A stretch of DNA of 64,000 nucleotides, from positions 389,062 through 453,061 of the forward strand of contig CP066698.1 of NCBI GenBank assembly GCA_016432645.1, read 5' to 3'. The position numbers were made by a program, and so were the translations under genes. Below, piece after piece: positions 10,554 through 19,662 of this stretch. The notes beneath the pieces are model-generated. The model was not told the DNA's origin, did no database searches, and saw only the letters and a program-made list of their open reading frames with translations. Source of the stretch: Candidatus Falkowbacteria bacterium. Its GTDB lineage: Bacteria > Patescibacteriota > Patescibacteriia > Patescibacteriales > UBA12465. Position 1 is the first letter of the stretch, and every line of letters starts with the position of its first letter.

Positions 10554-10985
10554 ATGTATATTTATATTCTGGCGCCGATTATCGCCTTCATAATCGCTCA
10601 GGGAACAAAAGTATTGCTGCGCTCATTTAAAAAGAAAGTTACTTGGCATGATGTCTTCGCTTATTCCGATATGCCTTCTGGACACACCTCGGTAGTAGTA
10701 GGCGTAGCCTCTATTATCGGCTTTAAATTAGGAATCTCTTCCCCGATTTTTGCCGTTGCTTTTGTTTTTGCGACCATCGTTATCGTTGACGCTATCGGCT
10801 TGCGCAATTATCTCGGCCAACACGGCAAAACACTCAATGTTCTGGTAAAAGATTTAAAAGAGGATGACTTCTTAGATAACAGCTATCCGAAGCAGCTGGA
10901 AAAAATTGGCCATACTCCCCTGCAAGTTTTGGTTGGAGGAACAATTGGCTTCTTAACTAGTTTAATTGCTTGGCTATTATTCTAA
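10554..10985 (+). CDS. Divergent PAP2 family membrane protein (DUF212)
   Basis: MPSGHTS, DAIGLR...GQHG, EKIGHTPLQV motifs. Confidence 0.85.
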   Translation: MYIYILAPIIAFIIAQGTKVLLRSFKKKVTWHDVFAYSDMPSGHTSVVVGVASIIGFKLGISSPIFAVAFVFATIVIVDAIGLRNYLGQHGKTLNVLVKDLKEDDFLDNSYPKQLEKIGHTPLQVLVGGTIGFLTSLIAWLLF

Positions 10986-11003
10986 AATGAAAAAATAATT
11001 ATA

Positions 11004-11036
11004 AAAAAACCGTTTCTAAAAAGGAAGCGGTTTTTT
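11004..11036. terminator. Bidirectional terminator
   Basis: AAAAAACCGTTTC...GAAGCGGTTTTTT. Confidence 0.65.
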
Positions 11037-11061
11037 GATTTAATAATCTCGCAATTAGACT

Positions 11062-11325
11062 TTAAGTAAACCAGCCCTCGGTAAAACCAAGTCCCAGCTT
11101 CCTTTCAAAAACACAACCATTATCTTTCATTTTCGGTTGCGGAGACATAAAGTCTAACGGCTTAAAAAGATCAATTTGATGGCCGCCATTTCCCTTATTG
11201 CTAAGCGAATCGGAGCCAATCCTCATTCTCATAAAAATTTCAAAATCTACGATGGTCCTGCCACCGCCGACTAAGATTCCTCCTTGAGGAATACCAAAGC
11301 CGATTTGTATATTTCTATTTTCCAT
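11062..11325 (-). CDS. Small hypothetical protein at end of the pgk-eno-gpmI operon
   Basis: 87-aa ORF whose start overlaps the gpmI-like stop; ends before the terminator; no recognisable motif. Confidence 0.35.
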   Translation of the reverse strand: MENRNIQIGFGIPQGGILVGGGRTIVDFEIFMRMRIGSDSLSNKGNGGHQIDLFKPLDFMSPQPKMKDNGCVFERKLGLGFTEGWFT

Positions 11326-12217
11326 CTACTAAACTAATGCCTGACATTCCGGCGTCTTTTTCTATACCCATTAAATTTAAAATAGTTGGGGCGATATCCG
11401 ATAAACTGCCAGCCGGCGCCAATAAGCTCAAATCGCCATCCGGAGCATCTTTAAGGCCGATTGTCTTGCCTTTAAAATCATCACCAACAATAATTAAAGG
11501 AACCGGATTATCGGTAATATTATTGTCAGGCAAATCGGTAGCCATATCTTTCAAGCGCTCAGCATTACCGGAGCTGGAAGAAATGACTAAGATGCCTTGA
11601 CGGTCTAAAACTTCAGATGCTAAAGACTTAAGTGCCCGATCCAAAATCTCGACTGTTTTAACTGTGTCCGCAAAATCTCCGCCGCTAGCTTTAACATCCA
11701 AAGCAGAACAAGCGGCCACGATAAAATTATATTTCCCGCTCTTAACCGCCTTCACTGATTCTCGGAAAATTCTTTTAACTGCCAGGGGGACATTAATCTC
11801 TTGTTTGTCATCCTCCAAGGAAATAGGCAGCCAGTCTTCACCAGGTAGACGTTCTTCGCGACGGCCGTTAAAAAAGCTACTTAAGGCCGCTAAACGTTCG
11901 CTATCAAAAATTTTTAATTGTTTTAAACCAACTCCAGAAATTATCGAACTTAAATCATTGCCAATAGCCTGAGTTTCATCACTAACTGCCAGACCGCTGC
12001 CTAAAATTAAATAACGCGCATTAATATTAAGCGCGTTCGCCTCTAAAATAGCGGTTGGATATTCTTTAGCCATTTTAGAGAAATTAAGGATACGAGCGTT
12101 ACTAATAGCATTAGCCTCATTCTTTTCAGCAACCCCCCAACCATCAAGCAATAATAAAAAAACCAATTGGGGTTTAGCACTTAAATCAGGGTTGTCCGAC
12201 GCTTCATTTTTTTCCAT
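11315..12217 (-). CDS. gpmI: Truncated, degenerate cofactor-independent phosphoglycerate mutase homologue
   Basis: LLDGWG, GLKQLKI, FFNG.REE, GNAE, NPVPLI, L.DIAPTIL identify the family; GNSEVGH, DMVGH, DHG and AHT motifs are absent and the protein is only 300 aa. Confidence 0.8.
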   Translation of the reverse strand: MEKNEASDNPDLSAKPQLVFLLLLDGWGVAEKNEANAISNARILNFSKMAKEYPTAILEANALNINARYLILGSGLAVSDETQAIGNDLSSIISGVGLKQLKIFDSERLAALSSFFNGRREERLPGEDWLPISLEDDKQEINVPLAVKRIFRESVKAVKSGKYNFIVAACSALDVKASGGDFADTVKTVEILDRALKSLASEVLDRQGILVISSSSGNAERLKDMATDLPDNNITDNPVPLIIVGDDFKGKTIGLKDAPDGDLSLLAPAGSLSDIAPTILNLMGIEKDAGMSGISLVDGK

Positions 12218-13469
12218 AATTTTCTAAAATATCAGCGATTTCCATTAAGCGATTATACTTGACCACCCGTTCGCCTCGAGACAAAGAGCCGGCCTTAAGA
12301 TAATCTGCTCCCAAGGCGACTGCGAAATCAACCAAAAAATCATCCGTGGTTTCCCCGCTACGCTGAGAGATAATAATTTTAAAATTATGCTTACTGGCCA
12401 ATTTTACACAATCTACAGCTTCCGTCAAGGTGCCAACTTGATTCGGCTCAATAACAATAGAATTGGCTGCCTTTTCCTGAATACCAAGACGCAAACGATT
12501 AACGTTAGTTGTAAATAAGCTATCGCCGGCAATCATTAATTTATCTCCCATTTCGGAAGTTAAATTACGCCAACTCTCCCAATCATTTTCCGCGAGCGGA
12601 TCCTCCAAATAAATAATCGGGTATTTCCGCAACCAAGAATCATATAAACCGACAAGATTGGCGGCGCTAAAATAAGTTTTATCCAGCGGGAAAATGTAGC
12701 GCTTAGTCGTTTCCTCAAATAGAATATTAGAACCAATATCAATGCCGAGCCATAAATCTTTACCGGGATTATAACCAGCGCGAATCGCCGCCGCCAGCAT
12801 TAATTCAATCGCTTCAATACTGGAATCCAAATTAGGCGCATATCCCCCTTCGGAACCAGTGTCGGTATCATAACCGGCTGCCTGCAATTCATCTTTAAGG
12901 GCATAAAAAATCTCCGCGCCCTCGCGAATCATCTCCGCCGCGGTATTCTTTTTCGGAATCAGTAAAAATTCTTGAAAATCTAAATTGGTATCGGCATGGG
13001 TTGCGCCGTTAAAAATATTAAAGAAAGGCACCGGAATTTTAGGAGAGGTTAAGGAATAAACTGTTTGTAAATAAGAAAATAATTCCTGTTTCTGGCTTAA
13101 AGCGCCGGCGCGGGCGCAAACTAAAGAAACAGCCAAAGTAGAATTAGCTCCCAAATGACTTTTATCGCTAGTGCCGTCGAGTTCAATTAATTTTTTATCA
13201 ATTGCTTCTTGTTTTAAAACATCAAAACCGATAAGTGCCGGGGCAATAATTTCATTTATTTTAGCCAGCGCCTGTAAAACACCGCGGCCTTGATAACGCT
13301 TTTTATCACCATCGCGCAACTCAAAGGCTTCATAGGTGCCGAGTGCCAGACCTCCAGGAACACTAGCTTTGGCCTTCAGGCCATTATCCAGCAAGATACT
13401 GGCTTCAATAGTCGGCCAACCGCGAGAATCTAAAATTTCTCTAGCGACTAAACTTTTTATTTTTGGCAT
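12204..13469 (-). CDS. eno: Enolase homologue with substituted catalytic residues
   Basis: REILDSRG.PT, EAFELRDGD, DFQEF, EGGYAP, QRSGET, KYNRL; the catalytic Lys position reads E (VIEPNQVGTLTE). Confidence 0.9.
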   Translation of the reverse strand: MPKIKSLVAREILDSRGWPTIEASILLDNGLKAKASVPGGLALGTYEAFELRDGDKKRYQGRGVLQALAKINEIIAPALIGFDVLKQEAIDKKLIELDGTSDKSHLGANSTLAVSLVCARAGALSQKQELFSYLQTVYSLTSPKIPVPFFNIFNGATHADTNLDFQEFLLIPKKNTAAEMIREGAEIFYALKDELQAAGYDTDTGSEGGYAPNLDSSIEAIELMLAAAIRAGYNPGKDLWLGIDIGSNILFEETTKRYIFPLDKTYFSAANLVGLYDSWLRKYPIIYLEDPLAENDWESWRNLTSEMGDKLMIAGDSLFTTNVNRLRLGIQEKAANSIVIEPNQVGTLTEAVDCVKLASKHNFKIIISQRSGETTDDFLVDFAVALGADYLKAGSLSRGERVVKYNRLMEIADILENYGKK

Positions 13470-13479
13470 AAAGAAAAAA

Positions 13480-14655
13480 TTAAACTACAATTTTTTTAAG
13501 CCCCGGCATTTTAGCGCCGCCCAAATATGAAAGCATGGCGCCGCCGGCCGTTGAGACCCAATCAACATACTCCATCATCCCGGTCATCTTCAAAGCGGAT
13601 ATTGTTTCGCCGCCGCCGGTAACGCCATAAGCACGGCCCCGGGAGCGGGCAGCAATTACCATGGCCAAAGAAATGGTGCCATTTTTAAAAGCCGCTTCCT
13701 CAAACTTTCCCATCGGGCCATTCCAAATAACGGTATTGGCTTTCTTGATATACTCGGCATACAAACTGACTGTTTCCGGGCCGATATCAAAAATGCAATC
13801 AGTTTTAGCGACCGCCTTAACTTTTTTAGATAATATTTTTCCATTTTTAGTTTTAACTACCACATCCAAAGGCAAAATAATTTTTTTATCGCGCGCCTTG
13901 CCGCTTAGCAATTTCTTCACCACCGGAACAGAACCGGCATCAAATAGCGACTTTCCAATTTCTAATTTTTTAAATTTTAAAAAATTATTAGCCAAACCGC
14001 CGCCTAAAAGAATGTGGCTGGCAGCCGGGTAAAGCTTAGAGATTAAAGCGGCCTTGGTTTCTATCTTGGCCCCGCCCATCATAACTACCAGGGGCTTCTT
14101 CGGCTTGACTATCTTATGCAAAGCTTTGAGTTCTTGTTCCAGTAAAATACCGGCATAAGCTGGCAAATAATTTTTAATAGCATCGACTGAAGTTTGGGCG
14201 CGATGCGAAACGGCAAAGGCGTCATTAACATAAGCATCCGCTAAAACAGCCAGCTGCTTAGCAAAATCTTTATCATTTTTAGTCTCACCCGGATTAAATC
14301 TAACATTTTCTAAAAATAATACTTCGCCAGACTTCATTTTATTAACTGCTTCAACAACTTTGGGACCAACAACCGCCGGTACAAATTTAACCTTTAAGGA
14401 TGCCATCTTGGCTAAGCGCGCCGCCAAAGGAGCAGTAGATAAAGATTTAAGAGCCTTGCCATTCGGCTCCCCTAAATGCGTTATAATTATCAGTTTGGCG
14501 CCTTGGGAAGATAAATATTTAATGGTTTCCAAGCCGGCGCTTATTTTATAATCGTCTTTAATCTTTCCCTTTTCCATGGGAACATTAAAATCAACCCGCA
14601 CTAAAAATTTTTGATTACTAATTTTTTTTAAACGGCTGATAGAATTGATTTTCAT
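13480..14655 (-). CDS. pgk: Phosphoglycerate kinase (diverged basic patch)
   Basis: RVDFNVP, LENVRF, DAFAVSHR, GGAK, WNGPMG.FE, VSTAGGA. Confidence 0.93.
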   Translation of the reverse strand: MKINSISRLKKISNQKFLVRVDFNVPMEKGKIKDDYKISAGLETIKYLSSQGAKLIIITHLGEPNGKALKSLSTAPLAARLAKMASLKVKFVPAVVGPKVVEAVNKMKSGEVLFLENVRFNPGETKNDKDFAKQLAVLADAYVNDAFAVSHRAQTSVDAIKNYLPAYAGILLEQELKALHKIVKPKKPLVVMMGGAKIETKAALISKLYPAASHILLGGGLANNFLKFKKLEIGKSLFDAGSVPVVKKLLSGKARDKKIILPLDVVVKTKNGKILSKKVKAVAKTDCIFDIGPETVSLYAEYIKKANTVIWNGPMGKFEEAAFKNGTISLAMVIAARSRGRAYGVTGGGETISALKMTGMMEYVDWVSTAGGAMLSYLGGAKMPGLKKIVV

Positions 14656-14667
14656 ATTAAATAAAAT

Positions 14668-15825
14668 TTATTTTTCTTCTCCTAATTTAAGAGTGACCTC
14701 TTTTTCGACACCGTTTCTGATGTAAGTGAGCGTGATATTATCTCCGGGATTAAAGGAAGCGATAATATCCGCCAAATCATTATTGGCGTCCAGAGCTTGA
14801 TTGTTAACCCAGCTGATAACGTCGCCTTCCTGCAGGCCGGCATTCGCGGCTGGACTGTTTTTAACAACGGCCGGCAGCGTCTCAGAGCTATGGAGCCAAG
14901 CGCCTTTTTCTAAATTTAAGCTTAAAGATTTAGTAGTGCTCAAATCTAAATAATTAACACCTAATAAAGGCTGGGAAGCGGTGCCGGTTTTAAAGAAGCT
15001 TTGCCAATAAGAATTATAGGAAAAAGCGGGGACAATTTCTTTGTCTTCACCGATAATCGCCACTAAATCTCCAGCCAAATTAAAGACGAAAGAATTTTTA
15101 AATTGGTCCTCCGGCGTTCCGGCTAAGGTAAATCTGGTATTCAAAGAATCACTGCTGAGTACAGTCGGTGTTTTTTTAAATGAGGAAAGTGAGGTTAATA
15201 AAACATTGCTAAAATCATTAATCGCCAAAACAGACTGCCCCAAGGAAATGTCGGTGCGGGCAACAATTTTTTTAACTGTCAAATTATTGGCGGCCTCCAA
15301 ATGGAAAAAAATTAAATCACCTGGTAAATTATCGAAATCGGAAATTTTATCTATCTTATAAACCTTGCGATCACTGGTAATGGCCACGAAATTTTTAACA
15401 TTAAAATTTTTCTTGAAATCAGCCGGCGCGGAAATGGCTATCCAGCCATCAGCGGTTACCGCTAAACCGACTAGCAGCGGTTCGTCTAATTTATAATATT
15501 GCGCGGAGGACGATTTTTCATTAACCGCTAAAGTCTTAAAGACACCGACTAAAGATGGTCTGATGGAACCGATAGTCTCGCCGACCTTAACATCCTGGTT
15601 GACCACTACTTTTTTGGCATCTTGAATTATTAAATTGGAACGATTACTGTTCAGACTGGCCAGATTAACTTCATTATTAAAATAAGGCACAGAAAAATCT
15701 TTCAAAAAATAAACTCGGGTCACAATCTCCCCGGCGGCGCCGGCAATCAGCCCCAGGAAAATCGCTAAAATAATTACCGGCAACAGGCGATGCTTGTTAT
15801 TTTTTGTAGTAACAGGAGTATTCAT
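14668..15825 (-). CDS. HtrA/DegP-like membrane protein with PDZ domain, apparently lacking the catalytic triad
   Basis: N-terminal TM; GLAVTADGWI; VFNLAGDLVAI without the preceding GNSGG; C-terminal PDZ (NSPAANAGLQEGDVI). Confidence 0.8.
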   Translation of the reverse strand: MNTPVTTKNNKHRLLPVIILAIFLGLIAGAAGEIVTRVYFLKDFSVPYFNNEVNLASLNSNRSNLIIQDAKKVVVNQDVKVGETIGSIRPSLVGVFKTLAVNEKSSSAQYYKLDEPLLVGLAVTADGWIAISAPADFKKNFNVKNFVAITSDRKVYKIDKISDFDNLPGDLIFFHLEAANNLTVKKIVARTDISLGQSVLAINDFSNVLLTSLSSFKKTPTVLSSDSLNTRFTLAGTPEDQFKNSFVFNLAGDLVAIIGEDKEIVPAFSYNSYWQSFFKTGTASQPLLGVNYLDLSTTKSLSLNLEKGAWLHSSETLPAVVKNSPAANAGLQEGDVISWVNNQALDANNDLADIIASFNPGDNITLTYIRNGVEKEVTLKLGEEK

Positions 15826-15850
15826 AATAAAAATGTTATTTATTCTAAAA

Positions 15851-16615
15851 TTAAAACCAACGCGAACTTAAAAGTAAAATTATAATTAAAATAATACCGA
15901 AGCTTAAAGGCCAGCGTAAATTATTACCGGAGAAATTACCTTTTAAAAAAAGCCGCAGCACCAACAAAATAAAATAATAAAAAATAGCCGTAAAAAATCC
16001 TAAAATATTGAAACTGAGCGGCAAAAAATAAATGACCGCTGTCATTTCAGCCAGAACCAAAGAGGCGCTTAAAAACAAGGGCCAATTATCTCTAATATTT
16101 ATTCTGCCTAAAACAAATGATTGGAAGAATAACGGCGATACCAAAATTACAAATAATGGCAACAAACCCCAAAAATTCCAGCTCAAAAAAGTCGGCAAAC
16201 CATAAAGCGAGGAAGCTAAAGCAAACACCGACAAAAATCCGCCGGAGAGCATCAAGCTATCCAATCTCTCCGCGCGCTCCGAAGCGCCATAATGGAAAAA
16301 ATAATAAATATTTCTTAAATAGGAAAAAGAAAAATAAGCTGATAACAATAAAATAATTTGAATCCAATAATAATTGGGGAGAAAAGTTATATATAAAGAA
16401 ACGGACAAGAAAAATAAAGCCGGAAAAAAGAAAAACAAGGGCCAATTTTGATTCTGTCTATCTTTTTCGCTTCCCCGGACAACTAAAGCTAAAAGCAAAA
16501 ATCCGGCAGTAATCGCCAAAAAGAAAAATTGCGGACGCGCTAAAAATAACTGGCTCAAGAGCCATAAAACTACGGGGGTCAAAAAAATAGTTTTTTTACT
16601 TTTAAAAAAATTCAT
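15851..16615 (-). CDS. Polytopic membrane protein
   Basis: About 8-9 hydrophobic segments; probable start MNFFKSK at 16615. Confidence 0.75.
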   Translation of the reverse strand: MNFFKSKKTIFLTPVVLWLLSQLFLARPQFFFLAITAGFLLLALVVRGSEKDRQNQNWPLFFFFPALFFLSVSLYITFLPNYYWIQIILLLSAYFSFSYLRNIYYFFHYGASERAERLDSLMLSGGFLSVFALASSLYGLPTFLSWNFWGLLPLFVILVSPLFFQSFVLGRINIRDNWPLFLSASLVLAEMTAVIYFLPLSFNILGFFTAIFYYFILLVLRLFLKGNFSGNNLRWPLSFGIILIIILLLSSRWF

Positions 16616-16631
16616 AGTTAGCAGTAAGTTG

Positions 16632-18890
16632 TTATTCTGGTACATTAATATTTGGGGTGGTTGTGGCCGTTGAAGTGGCAACGGTTGAAGCGGCGGTTGA
16701 AGTAGCGCTTGTTTCAAGGCTGAGGGGTGGCATTTCTTCGGTAGTTGTAGAGATTGAATCAGAACCCGGCTCCGCCAACTGTTCGGCGGATTCCGGAATC
16801 TTTGGTATTTCCGGTATATCAGTCGTGGTTATGATATAGCTCTCTTCGCCAGGAGTCAACAACAAAGAACCGACCTCGCTTAAACTGGCGATTTTATTAA
16901 TCTTTAAAAATTTATTGGAAAACGTCAATAAATCAGTGTCCGCCAGCGTACTATAACGAACGGTGTTGTCGTAATAGCTAAACCCTTGCCAAGAATCAGC
17001 CGCCGACATCAAACCACCTAAAGAATGGTCGACTCTTCCCTTAAGATTAAGCACGCCGCCATCGGTCGAAAAAACTAAAGCTCCGGAAAAAGATAAGCGA
17101 TTATTGTCGTAAAGCGAAACCGGCACCGAAATAATATTAGCCGAAATTGAATTATAAAGAGCTTGGTGATTATTGAGCGCCATAGAATCACTGTTAGCAT
17201 CGCCAATAACATAACCGCTAAGCTCTTTGGGGCTTTGCAAATCGGAAAAATCAAACAATGATAATTTTAAACCGGTTTTTACCAAAGACGATTCAGCGCC
17301 GACTTCCTGATTGCGGCCAAAACTTAATAAAACATTACCCTTGTCGTCAGCTTGATAAATTTGAGCGGAGGAATTTGGTAATTGTACCGCGCCTAAAATT
17401 CCCGGCTTAGTGCTATCGGAAAAATCAGCCACATAAAGAGCGTCATTAACTTTGGCGGTTTTTAAATAAGCGCGATTACCCATAAACTTCACCTCGTGCA
17501 ATTTGGCTCCAGTGGCGATATTTTCCAATTTACCTAGCACCCGCAGGCCGTCATCCAAAACATAAAGATTATTGTAGACTTTGCTAGTATCTTTAAAAAG
17601 TTTGGACCACATTTCATTTCGCGAAGCCACTAATCGCACTTGGCCGTCGCTCTCGCTCAAACCCGAACCTTTAATAATTTGCCCAAAAATATTTCCTTTA
17701 GCCTGATAAGCGATTTTGCCGGCATCAAAAATAATTTTATAAATTGTGGTATTTTCAATCTCATTCATGTTGGCTTTTATTTTCTCAACCAAAGAACTAT
17801 CAACCGCCGCCTGCAGCGCATCTTTTTCCGAGCTGGACAAAGAAGCAGTATAAGCGTTAACAATTGCTGCCACTTTAACTGCTTTTTCCGGAGAACTTAA
17901 AAGATTTTCCGGCAAAGCTTCAATTTCTTTAATTTGCTGCTGATCAGCCGCGCTTAAACGATTAAAAACTTGATCGCGCTTCAATTCATTTTGCAAATCA
18001 TACTCGCTCACTGAATTGGTATAGGTTAAATAAAGGCTGTTCGTAGGAGCATAGGCTTCTTGATTGGAGTCCAATAAATAGTCATTAACGACTAAAGCCT
18101 TGCTCGTGTCCGATAAGCTGATGGAGGCGACTGAGAGAAAATAATAATTATTATAAGAATAATCAAAATAAAATACTTCCGGTATTAAACAATTATTAGC
18201 GTCGCGGCAATCGCCGCTGACAACCTGGCCGGCTTCCAGAATTCTTGGAGTTAAGGGTTCATTTTCTAAGTAATTAATATTGGCGGTAGTCATTAAATAA
18301 GCGTGGCTGCCGATCAATTTAACGCCGGCATACTGGCCTTCAAAAGATAAATCTCTAACTTCTTTAGGACTGGTCGGATCGGCAACATCATATATTTTGA
18401 AAAATAAGTAGTCGCCTTCCCGTTTGAAAGAATTCCAGACAGGACTGGATTTTATTTCTGTGTCAACACCATAAACAGCCACGCGCTGTCCGGATACCAA
18501 AATTCCTAACGGCCTGGAAGGAAAAGAAATTTTACCGACCACCTTAGCTTGCGGCGCATACAGAGAATTAGTGATAAAAATATCGTTTTTAACTAGCGTG
18601 TAAATATAATTTCCCTCAACCGCCAAAACTTGGTTGGCGTCAGCGCCGGGGATGGCGCTGATCATGGAAGTGGCGGCGGAATGGGAAAACATAAAATCTT
18701 TTAAAAACGCCGCATCGGTATTTTTTTTAAGGTCGCCACTGGGGCCGGAGTTCTTCTGATTATTATTAGCATAACTAACCAGAGGCATATCTTGAAGCGT
18801 GCGGTCTTTTTCCCAAGGAAAAGTACAGCCACTCGCGGTAAGTGCTACCAAAATTAGCGAAAAAATTGCCTTGAAGCTTGCTTTTAACAT
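16632..18890 (-). CDS. Lipoprotein with secreted beta-propeller (Beta_propel family-like)
   Basis: Lipobox ASGC; NNLYVLD..LRVLGKLENIA, KFMGNRAY, GLKLSLFD; Ser/Thr-rich tail; probable start MLKASF at 18890. Confidence 0.8.
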   Translation of the reverse strand: MLKASFKAIFSLILVALTASGCTFPWEKDRTLQDMPLVSYANNNQKNSGPSGDLKKNTDAAFLKDFMFSHSAATSMISAIPGADANQVLAVEGNYIYTLVKNDIFITNSLYAPQAKVVGKISFPSRPLGILVSGQRVAVYGVDTEIKSSPVWNSFKREGDYLFFKIYDVADPTSPKEVRDLSFEGQYAGVKLIGSHAYLMTTANINYLENEPLTPRILEAGQVVSGDCRDANNCLIPEVFYFDYSYNNYYFLSVASISLSDTSKALVVNDYLLDSNQEAYAPTNSLYLTYTNSVSEYDLQNELKRDQVFNRLSAADQQQIKEIEALPENLLSSPEKAVKVAAIVNAYTASLSSSEKDALQAAVDSSLVEKIKANMNEIENTTIYKIIFDAGKIAYQAKGNIFGQIIKGSGLSESDGQVRLVASRNEMWSKLFKDTSKVYNNLYVLDDGLRVLGKLENIATGAKLHEVKFMGNRAYLKTAKVNDALYVADFSDSTKPGILGAVQLPNSSAQIYQADDKGNVLLSFGRNQEVGAESSLVKTGLKLSLFDFSDLQSPKELSGYVIGDANSDSMALNNHQALYNSISANIISVPVSLYDNNRLSFSGALVFSTDGGVLNLKGRVDHSLGGLMSAADSWQGFSYYDNTVRYSTLADTDLLTFSNKFLKINKIASLSEVGSLLLTPGEESYIITTTDIPEIPKIPESAEQLAEPGSDSISTTTEEMPPLSLETSATSTAASTVATSTATTTPNINVPE

Positions 18891-18972
18891 ATGATTGTTA
18901 GAAAAATAATCATGCACCAAAATTATAACATATTTATCGTTTATTTTCACGAGCAGAAACTGATGATTGAGA

Positions 18973-19662
18973 TTATTTATTAATAAAAACTGGCAGACCA
19001 ATATCTACCCGATCAAATAAATATTGCGCCGGTCCAACCCCCAGGCGGATACAACCATGAGACACTGCTTTTCCTAAATGATTTTCCCCCTCGCGATAAC
19101 CGCTGGGCCAAACCGGAAGTTCATGGATGCCAATACTGCCGCGGTCCAAACCTAGCCAAAAAGGCATCCAAAGTTTATAGGTTTTAGACCAAGCTTTTTT
19201 AATCCGACTCACTACCGTAAAAGTCCCAGTGGGTGTCGGCATACTGGGCTTGCCGGTGGAAACGGTAAATTCTTTCCAAGCGATTCCCGAAACAAAATAA
19301 ACGAGTTTTTGTTTCTTTAAAGATATTTCTACTTTCTGAGCTAATTTTTTAGTGGAGGTGGAGAGCGGGTCAAAAGCGAAATCAATTTCCGCAAAATCAG
19401 AATAACCATCGGCATCGGTGTCAGCCAACAACGGATCGGTTTTAAACTTAAGTTCCAAATCATCACTTAAACCATCTTGATCGGCATCGCTCGCGGTAAT
19501 TTTCACCGGCTCAATATTAAAAGGCGACCAGCCATTTTTTATTTCTAAGTCATCAGCATAACCATCGCCATCAGAATCAATCATTTCTGCCGCTTTTGAT
19601 ACATTCGGAACCAAAATAAAGCCAGCTAGCAACAAATAAATTATAAATATCCGATATCTCAT
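18973..19662 (-). CDS. L,D-transpeptidase (YkuD) with DxDxDG Ca-binding repeats
   Basis: DSDGDG/DADQDG/DTDADG; VSTGK..PTPTG; IGIHE...SHGCIRL. Confidence 0.9.
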   Translation of the reverse strand: MRYRIFIIYLLLAGFILVPNVSKAAEMIDSDGDGYADDLEIKNGWSPFNIEPVKITASDADQDGLSDDLELKFKTDPLLADTDADGYSDFAEIDFAFDPLSTSTKKLAQKVEISLKKQKLVYFVSGIAWKEFTVSTGKPSMPTPTGTFTVVSRIKKAWSKTYKLWMPFWLGLDRGSIGIHELPVWPSGYREGENHLGKAVSHGCIRLGVGPAQYLFDRVDIGLPVFINK

